In this document: positions 54,943-64,000 of the stretch, piece after piece | Layout: the number at the start of each line of letters is the position of its first letter | Numbering within the stretch: position 1 is the stretch's first letter | Assembly: GCA_951406725.2 (NCBI GenBank) | Contig: OX597815.1 | Coordinates: 150,784,001-150,848,000 of the forward strand | Direction of reading: 5' to 3' | DNA: 64,000 nt | DNA from: Octopus vulgaris | Lineage: Eukaryota | Notes under the pieces: model-generated | What the model was told of the DNA's origin: nothing | Seen by the model: the letters and a program-made list of their open reading frames with translations, nothing else | Database searches by the model: none | Program-made: the position numbers and the translations under genes

Positions 54943-55109
54943 GCATGTATATTCAAAATTATATAAACAAGTTTGTAGGCGTATATATACATATGTATAC
55001 ATACTTGTGTGTGTGTGTGTGTACTGTGTGAGGTTATATAATGTTTATATGTGTATATTACACACCGGTAAACATCTATGATAAGATTGATAAATTCGGT
55101 GATTTAGGG

Positions 55110-55265
55110 GGATCATCGTCGTTGTCATCAAGATCATCATCAACACCATTATTTGCTTCACCATCATCACCATTATCACCACCGTCTTTGTCATCAACAT
55201 CATCAGCACAATCATCAGTTTAACCTTATCATTATCGTTGACGTCGTCGTCGGCGCCTTCATTAG

Positions 55266-55330
<65 letters not shown>

Positions 55331-55541
55331 CTACCATCACTACTAAAACCTCCACCATTATCTTTACATCACCACCATTGTCATCGCCATTATCATCGCC
55401 ATCATCATCATCACCATCATCTTCATCATCGTCATCATCACCATCATCATCAGTTTTGCTACATTCATCCTCATCATTCACATCTTCACCATGACTATCA
55501 TCACAACCGCATAACCACCACCACCACCACCACCACCACCG

Positions 55542-55572
<31 letters not shown>

Positions 55573-55710
55573 TGTCATTATCATATTTGCCCATGTCGTT
55601 GTCGTCGTTGTCTTCGTTGTCATGTCTACCCCCCCCGTCACCACCCAACTCATCATCAGCATCACCACCATCACCACCACCACCATCACCACCACCACCG
55701 CCACCACCAT
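55110..55710. repeat. Degenerate (CAT)n/(CAC)n trinucleotide tract
   Basis: Seen directly. Confidence 0.9.
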
Positions 55711-56309
55711 TTATTTCAATAGAAAAAGCATTTTTAACACATCGAAGATAGTCTTGAAGATATAATGTCTTCTGAGTCGAAGTAAATAAAATATTCACGT
55801 AGATAGCAATATATTACATTTCCTCCACACACCAAGAATATTTTTTAACTATTTCCCATTTACGTGACTTTCTACCTGACGCCCACACGACACCCCCCCA
55901 CTCCTTACATCTCTTATTATTTTCTCTTATATCTACTTCCCTTTCTTTCCTTCCAGCTTTCTAGCTTCTTTCATTGGTAAGGTGAGTTGGTCTGTGTGAT
56001 GGCTGCTTAGTTAATTAGTCGGTCGGTTAATCTGTTACATTGCTTTAATTAGTTAGTTAGATTTTTCTTATATTAATATGTATATTCTTTTGTACATTTA
56101 TCCTTTTACGTGTTTCAGTCATTTGACTGCGGCCATGCTGGAGCACCGCCTTTAAGTAAACCGAGAAGATGTTCTTATTCTTTGTTCTATCGGTATCTTT
56201 TGCCGAACCATTACGTTGCGGGAACCTAAGCACACCAACATCAGTTGTCAAGCGATGGTACGAGGACAAATACAGATACACAAATACATACATAAGTATA
56301 TATATATAC

Positions 56310-56354
<45 letters not shown>

Positions 56355-56361
<7 letters not shown>

Positions 56362-56760
56362 TATAAAGGATCGTGGGTAAGGCCGAAGCAATGCGAAGTA
56401 AATGCATCGTAAATCACAACCAAAGAAATATATGAATTAATGTAGACTTACCTTGTATTCAATATTTCGGGGTTATGACCCCATTTTCAAGAAATTAATG
56501 AATTTTCCCGATGTGCGTGTGCGTGAGCGTGTGTGGAATGGACATGGTCACACACACGCATATCGGTAATATTCATTAATTTTCTTGAAAATGGGGTCAT
56601 AACCCCGAAATATTGAATACTAGGCAAGTCTACATTAATTCATATATTTGTTTTCGCGTGATTTACCTTGTATTTACTTCGCATTGTTTTAGCCTTGCCC
56701 ACAATCTTTTGTACAATATATTCTACACAATACTTTATAGTAATTATTCCATTATGATAT
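56355..56760 (+). mobile_element. Fold-back PLE-like mini-element with a U3-A8 hammerhead variant in both arms
   Basis: Arms about 56355-56533 and 56550-56720 plus tail; UUC-UUGAAAA-U-GGGGU(CAUA)ACCCC-GAAA-UA-UU-GAA at 56582-56617 (+) and 56458-56493 (-). Confidence 0.8.
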
Positions 56761-56764
56761 AATA

Positions 56765-56929
<165 letters not shown>

Positions 56930-57000
56930 GTATATATATTATATATACATATATATATATATTATATATAAAAAAATATATATATAAATATATATATATA

Positions 57001-57133
57001 ACAATAATAAATCTCTGAACGAGATATAAACAGTAACTGCTCGACAACGTAAGGGGGATCAGCCATCTGAATGTGGCTAGGGACCCACCACCCCGCCCTG
57101 TCCCTAGCCACATTCAGATAGCTGATCCCCCTT

Positions 57134-57136
<3 letters not shown>
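57001..57136 (-). mobile_element. Very short fold-back insert in (TA)n (36 bp arms plus 48 bp tail)
   Basis: Arms 57049-57084 and 57100-57135 with one mismatch. Confidence 0.7.
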
Positions 57137-57190
<54 letters not shown>

Positions 57191-57285
57191 AAGTGTCTTG
57201 CTCAAGAACACAACACGCAGCCCGGTCCGGGATTCGAGGTCACAACCTCACGATCGTAAGCTCGACGCTCTAACCACTGAGCCAT

Positions 57286-57342
57286 GCGCGCGCGGCGCGC
57301 GCGCGCGCGCGCGCGCGCGCGCGCGCGCGCGCGCGCGCGCGC

Positions 57343-57347
<5 letters not shown>
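57286..57347. repeat. (CG)n tract
   Basis: About 60 bp of nearly pure CG dinucleotides. Confidence 0.85.
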
Positions 57348-58261
<914 letters not shown>

Positions 58262-58359
58262 TATAAATGGAACAAAAATGCAATGGAGGACAATAAAACA
58301 TTCGGATACATGGACGATACAAAGGCGGACAAGAGAAACAACAATTAGATGGACGGGCA

Positions 58360-58452
58360 AAAATTCGTGGCCTTTTTTCCTCAATCAAGTACCAGAAGTC
58401 ACGACCTTTTCGGGCAGTTACACTTAAGACGGTTCGATCTGGTTGTCCCCCA
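58360..58452 (-). ncRNA. Non-circularly permuted hammerhead-like motif, degenerate
   Basis: GGGACA-ACCAGA..ACCG-UC-UUAAGU..UGCCC-GAAA-aGGU..UCUGGU-ACUUGA-uUGAGGA; within repeat 58263-58660. Confidence 0.6.
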
Positions 58453-58850
58453 AAAAATCTAAGCTAAGAGTGTTAGACCGCTTTGTAAAAAAGCTAGTAA
58501 ATGTGTACGGAGACAAAAAAAACACGGAGAACATGGTACACAATTACGAATAAAAACAACCAGAAAATAACAAGTGTCTTTCGACTGAGAACGAATCCAG
58601 TTGAGCAGGCGTGTATGAAGTGAACGCCTAAAGGTAGGAACATAGGAGATAGACATAAGAGGTTATATATATATATATATATATATACTCGACGGGATTA
58701 TTTCAGGTTCCGTCAACTAAATCCACTCACAAAGCTTTGGTCGGCCGAACGCTATAGTAGAAGACACTTGCCCAAGGTTCCATTAAGTGGGAATTAACCC
58801 AGAACCATGTGGTTGGGAAGCAATCTTCTTACCACACAACCCCTCTTACG

Positions 58851-58899
<49 letters not shown>

Positions 58900-59019
58900 G
58901 TATATACATGTTTATGTATATATGAATTTTTTTATTGTATACTTGTATATGGACATATATGTCTGTCTAAGTGTATGTGTGTTAATGGGTGTTTGTAAAA
59001 TATTTAATTCATAATCGTT

Positions 59020-59065
59020 AGCCCGACAAAATATATTCTGTTTCGCCTATGGCTCTTCAAAAACT
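59020..59065 (-). ncRNA. Compact type I hammerhead-like motif with a full stem III (C3U)
   Basis: AGUUU-UUGAAGA-GCC(AUA)GGC-GAAA-CAGAA(UAUA)UUUUG-UC-GGGCU. Confidence 0.6.
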
Positions 59066-59907
59066 CATTTCAAAATGAAGTAAACGCAATTTATTGAAGA
59101 TAGCAACAGCTTTAATCGTAACGAGGTTGGATTAAGACGGAGTTAAGGGCTAAACAGCAGCATCAACGGTGGCAATAAACAATGATCTAACATGAGATCC
59201 TCTAAAAGTTTGCTTCACCTTCTAGAAACAGTTGTCGGAGTAATGATTATGGATCAAATATTTTATTCGCTCTCCAGACCTATCTTTAAGTTCTTTACTT
59301 TAAGTAGCCGGACTTCTTTTAAACTTATCATCTCTTGGAACAGGATAAAGAACTCCTTCGGTTATGAATGACCATGGGATTGCACCAAGAAAGTTCCCCT
59401 CCGAGGCATAAGCCCAGGCAAGGTTGTTTATGGAAGACCAGCAATCGCCTATGCATACCACGCCACCAATGTCGTCCAAGGGAAAAGCAAGGGCCGATAC
59501 ATCTTGGCACCAGTGACGTCGCAACTCATTTCTACAGCTGAGAACACGGCACACATCCCGCTCTGGCAATATCTTATGACTGTAAGCCCAACGCTCAAAC
59601 CACTGAACTATCTGCCATGTGTGTGTGGGTGTGTATGTTTGTGAGTGTGTGTACACACTATAAAGATACGAACTACTAATAGTTTCTTAGGAGACACAAA
59701 GCGTGTTAGAAACACCTACCTGGACCCGTGTCTCCAAAGCAGGTAACTATTATTAGCTCATATTTTTATGCACTGTACATTAAATGATAATTATTTCTCA
59801 CTGAATGGAGTACTTCTTTATTGATCTCACCAGAATGGAACAATAAAGTCTCTGTGTGTGTATGTATGTATGTAATGTGTACAAATAATGTGTGCATATA
59901 TATATTA

Positions 59908-60180
59908 CGGAGATGTACTTGCATAGCATGTGACTTAATCTGAGATCGTGTGCTGAAGTATAAACAATTCCAGCGTGGAAGTTGTTTATAAGCCATTTAA
60001 AAACACACGAAAACAGCTGGATTCACTTCAACATTTAACTTTAATTTGCCAAAATATTTTCGTCACCTTGAGACCTCGACCTCATCACTGACAGAAATTT
60101 TGTCAGTGATGAAGTCACGGTCTCAAAGCGACGAAAATATTTTAGCAAAAATAGTTTTAAATATTGAAGTAAATCCACCT
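59908..60180 (-). mobile_element. Fold-back PLE-like mini-element with a G3 hammerhead-like variant
   Basis: Arms about 60019-60095 and 60098-60177, tail 59908-60018; UGUCA-GUGAUGA-G-GUC...GAC-GAAA-AUAU-UU-UGGCA. Confidence 0.7.
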
Positions 60181-60199
60181 TTCACGGTGCAATTGTACA

Positions 60200-60246
<47 letters not shown>

Positions 60247-60248
<2 letters not shown>

Positions 60249-61232
60249 AAAATGAGAAAATGGAGAAATATATCTAAATCAATCATCAACTATCAGATAA
60301 TACCCAATCAATACTTTATTAAACCACTACACAATAGCAATGATATTTTACATTAATATAGTACAAATATAACAAGACATAGAAATAGAAATAGAAATAG
60401 ATTTACATTGTAGCTGACAGCTGTTTCGGCCGTGAAGACAGGTATGTCCCATTTATCCTATTAGCAGGTGTAAATTAGACATTAACAAGAATATCTCACG
60501 GCCTCTTCAGAGATTTTAATGCAAGTATGAGTACAAATCCTAAAAAAATTACATATAAATATAAATATGTGTGCATACACACTCATATTCTTACATATAT
60601 ATATATATATACACACACATTAATACAATATAAACAATATAGATCAATATACATCAACAAACACAATAATGTTCCATATTGAACTCCACAGTTCCTCAAC
60701 CAACATCAAGAAACCACAACAGATACACTCACACTCAAAGCAGGCATATATATTAAACAGTCCAATATATTATTAAAATGTGTCATTTCACAAAAAGTCA
60801 ATAAAATTAATATTACCACGACGGTACCATCCAATGCAAGCGGATATCCGCAGGTTAAATGGGACATACCTGTCTTCACGGCCGAAACAGCTGTCAGCTA
60901 CAATGTAAATGTATTTCTATTTCTATTTCTATGTCTTGTTATATTTGTACTATATTAATGTATAATATCATTGCTATTGTGTAGTGGTTTAATAAAGTAT
61001 TGATTGGGTATTATCTGATAGTTGATGATTGATTTAGATATATTTCTCCATTTTCTCATTTTGTATTATTAATTTACGGTAAAAATAATTTTACCTTTGC
61101 CCACATAATACAGTAGATGAATTAATTGCATCGCAATTTTTAACATTTATGTATTAGCTTTGTTGGGGACTTCTCTAGCAGTATATTGGATATATGTTAT
61201 CCCATGGAGGGTTGAATTTACAACCCCTATCT

Positions 61233-61238
<6 letters not shown>
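60247..61238. mobile_element. PLE-like element with ~210 bp inverted arms and a tail, in (TA)n
   Basis: Arms 60247-60455 and 60856-61064; tail 61065-61238. Confidence 0.85.
60413..60513 (-). ncRNA. Minimal type I hammerhead ribozyme
   Basis: CU-CUGAAGA-GGCCGUGAG...UUCACGGCC-GAAA-C(AGCU)G-UC-AG. Confidence 0.85.
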
Positions 61239-61312
<74 letters not shown>

Positions 61313-61313
61313 T

Positions 61314-61347
<34 letters not shown>

Positions 61348-61394
61348 TGTATGTATGTATGTATGTATGTATGTATGTATGTATGTGTGTATAT

Positions 61395-62152
61395 AGTTGA
61401 CAGTTTGCACAAAAATAAAAGAAAACAGAATACACCATCCAAAAATAAAAGGTTTTTTTAAAATCAAAAATATCAACTTGATTATAGCTGCAAGATAATA
61501 ATACTCGTTCTCACTCTCCACAATGGCCTCAAAACGGTTCCGGAACATGGCGCATGCGTTCCTCATTGTGTCCCTGGGAAGATATATTCGAACACTTCTT
61601 TGATCTTGCCCACCACGTCAGCCTTTGTGTTGCAGGCAGAGCCGTTGGTGTCTTTCTCAACCGCATCCCACTCATATTAATCCATAGGATTACAATGAAG
61701 GGGATTAAGAGGCCAAAAACGAGCCTGGTGAAGTCGTAAAAGTTCTCCGACAACTACTTTTAACTCTTTCCAGAGGTATGACAAGGAACTGAACCCTACA
61801 GTGAGAATTGTACCGAAGTCCAGGTTCAAAAATGTGGGGGCGAATTCCGGTGTGTGGATGCAGCCAGGGCACCTTCTGAGTCTCTTCTTTCTAACTATTT
61901 CTTCGTAGTCTCCGTTGCAGCTGTCTCTGTCATGTCTTACAGCCTTTGTTCATAGAGCATTTAGCAGCAGTCATGGTGCTGGCATCACTATACAGGTAAC
62001 TGCTCGGCTGGCTTCGATTCCTCTACGTCAGCTATATTTTTCTCAACAATTATTATGCTTTCAAACGCCGTTGACCGTTCACCAACATATCAAACTGTCC
62101 CTAAAACAAAATCGAGATTTTAAAAAAATTTCAAATTTATCCCGAACTAGCA
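61395..62152 (-). mobile_element. Tc1/mariner (maT-like) relic
   Basis: PCHTS...SENFYDFT and RNACAMFRNRFEAIVESENEY parallel the 13.4-14.3 kb transposase. Confidence 0.75.
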
Positions 62153-63544
62153 TGATCTCAACAGGAGATGCCATTAATCATAGGTCTACTGGCTCAAAGG
62201 TGCCCTGGAGCATAACAAAAAAATAGCAGCCAAATGTCCTTTCAATCACTTTCATCTATAATAAATAAAGAAGGGGACATTTGATAAATTAATCCAGATG
62301 GTCACAGCAGTTTAAGCTTTTCTTCATACGTCTAGCGGATCATGGCTGAATTAATAGCGGCAGTAGCAACACCAGCAGCAGCAACGATAACAATTCTTGG
62401 AGCCCACGTTATCTTATTCACAGAATTATATTCCATTCCACAGAAATAGAGTTATGAATGCTTCTATGAAATTTACCTGCGAGAGATAAGGATCTTGTCC
62501 AAGATGGAAGACTATTTTGCCGGTTATCCTGTTAACCTAAAGGAAAAAACTAGAATTAAGCTGCATATCTCAGAGCTATTATAGCTCTTTATTCTCATAT
62601 CAAAGATGATTCGATATCGATATTCTGAAGAATTTTTTTTTTCCATTTTGGAAGAAAATAATTGTTTCTTTCGAAAGGTTTCTCTCCCTTTACTGACTGT
62701 CTTCTTATTTCTTGTCTAAGTTGTTCTTGCCCTTGCTCTTGTTGTTGTCATTGTTTTTATTGATGTTGCTATCAATGTTGCTATTGCTGTTGTTGTTGTT
62801 GTTGTTGTTGTTGCTGCTGCTGCAGTTGAAGTTCTATTTCAGCCTCGGGCAATGCGTTACAAATCTTTGCAATGTTTGCGAATTATTGGTTATCAGTACA
62901 TCCATTTTCTGTGCAAATGTAAATTTTCAGACAAAAGTCTGTATAGCCTATATTTGCAGCTATCACCGGATAACTTGATATATGTCTCTAAGCGAAACAG
63001 AAATGAGAATATAATGTATTTTTTGTTTATTACATTCCTGTACAATCAAAGGTTGAAAGGTGCAAGAACTGTCGAAAAGTGTGTATCTATCTTTGTGTGT
63101 GTGTATGCGTGCATGTGTGTAGGGGTGTGTGTGTATACACACACACATATATATATACAAAAATATATACATATATATCTATGTATATGTATATATATAC
63201 ATACATTCATATACATATATATATACATACATTCATATACATATATATATGCATACTTCCATATACATTTATATATATATACATTCATATACATATATTC
63301 ATATACACACACATATTAGTATTTTTTTTATTTTATCTAGTTTCAGCTCACGAGCTGTGGCCATACTGGGGCACCGCCATTTGCTACATAGTATATATAT
63401 ATATATATACATTCATATACATATATATACATTTACATATATTCTTATACACACATACATATATACATATATATACATACATTCATATACATATATATAT
63501 ATGTATACATTCATATACATATATATATATACATACATTCATAT

Positions 63545-63575
<31 letters not shown>

Positions 63576-63869
63576 CATACATTCACACACGTATATAGAT
63601 ATATACAAACATTCATATATATATATAAATATGCATACATTCATATACATTTGTATGTATATACATAACGCTCATATACATACATATTCATATACGTATG
63701 TGTATAAGTCTCTGTATGTTTGTATGTATGTATGTATGCATGTATGTACGTATGTATGTATGCATGCATGTATATTGGAATGTAGTTTAATGGAACAACC
63801 GAGACTACATCTATTCACTTATGTAGGTTAGTTTACATATCTATATGTACCATTAGACAGGCACACACA

Positions 63870-63949
<80 letters not shown>

Positions 63950-64000
63950 TATGCGTATAACTTTGTGCAGATATGAAAGTGTATGCGTGTATATAATGTG

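Overview
This is AT-rich, microsatellite-dense eukaryotic DNA, and the repeat families point to an octopus or other cephalopod genome. I found no host protein-coding gene; almost all ORFs in the track are translations of (TA)n, (CA)n, (TATG)n, (TAA)n or (TAG)n tracts. The window is a mosaic of mobile elements: three tRNA-derived SINE families, stacked R4/Dong-like RLE LINE fragments in (TAA)n, a 5'-inverted RTE fragment, an L1/Tx1-like 3' end, a Gypsy LTR/PBS/RT remnant, two maT-type mariner relics, a Helentron-type non-autonomous element and a hAT remnant. The dominant signal is Penelope-like retroelements (PLEs) inserted in (TA)n. A young 3.1 kb copy carries a Naiad-like GIY-YIG ORF between ~1.05 kb inverted arms, and about ten shorter 'inverted arm + arm + unique tail' relics repeat that design. 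Roughly 20 hammerhead-ribozyme (HHR) motifs occur in these elements, including U3-A8 and other core variants. The most unusual observation is a recurrent non-circularly permuted hammerhead, ordered UH site, then GAAA, then CUGANGA. Its helices are maintained in four sequence-unrelated repeat families (14.5/54.6, 37.2, 38.4 and 58.4 kb). All RNA folds were read by eye and need computational and biochemical confirmation.
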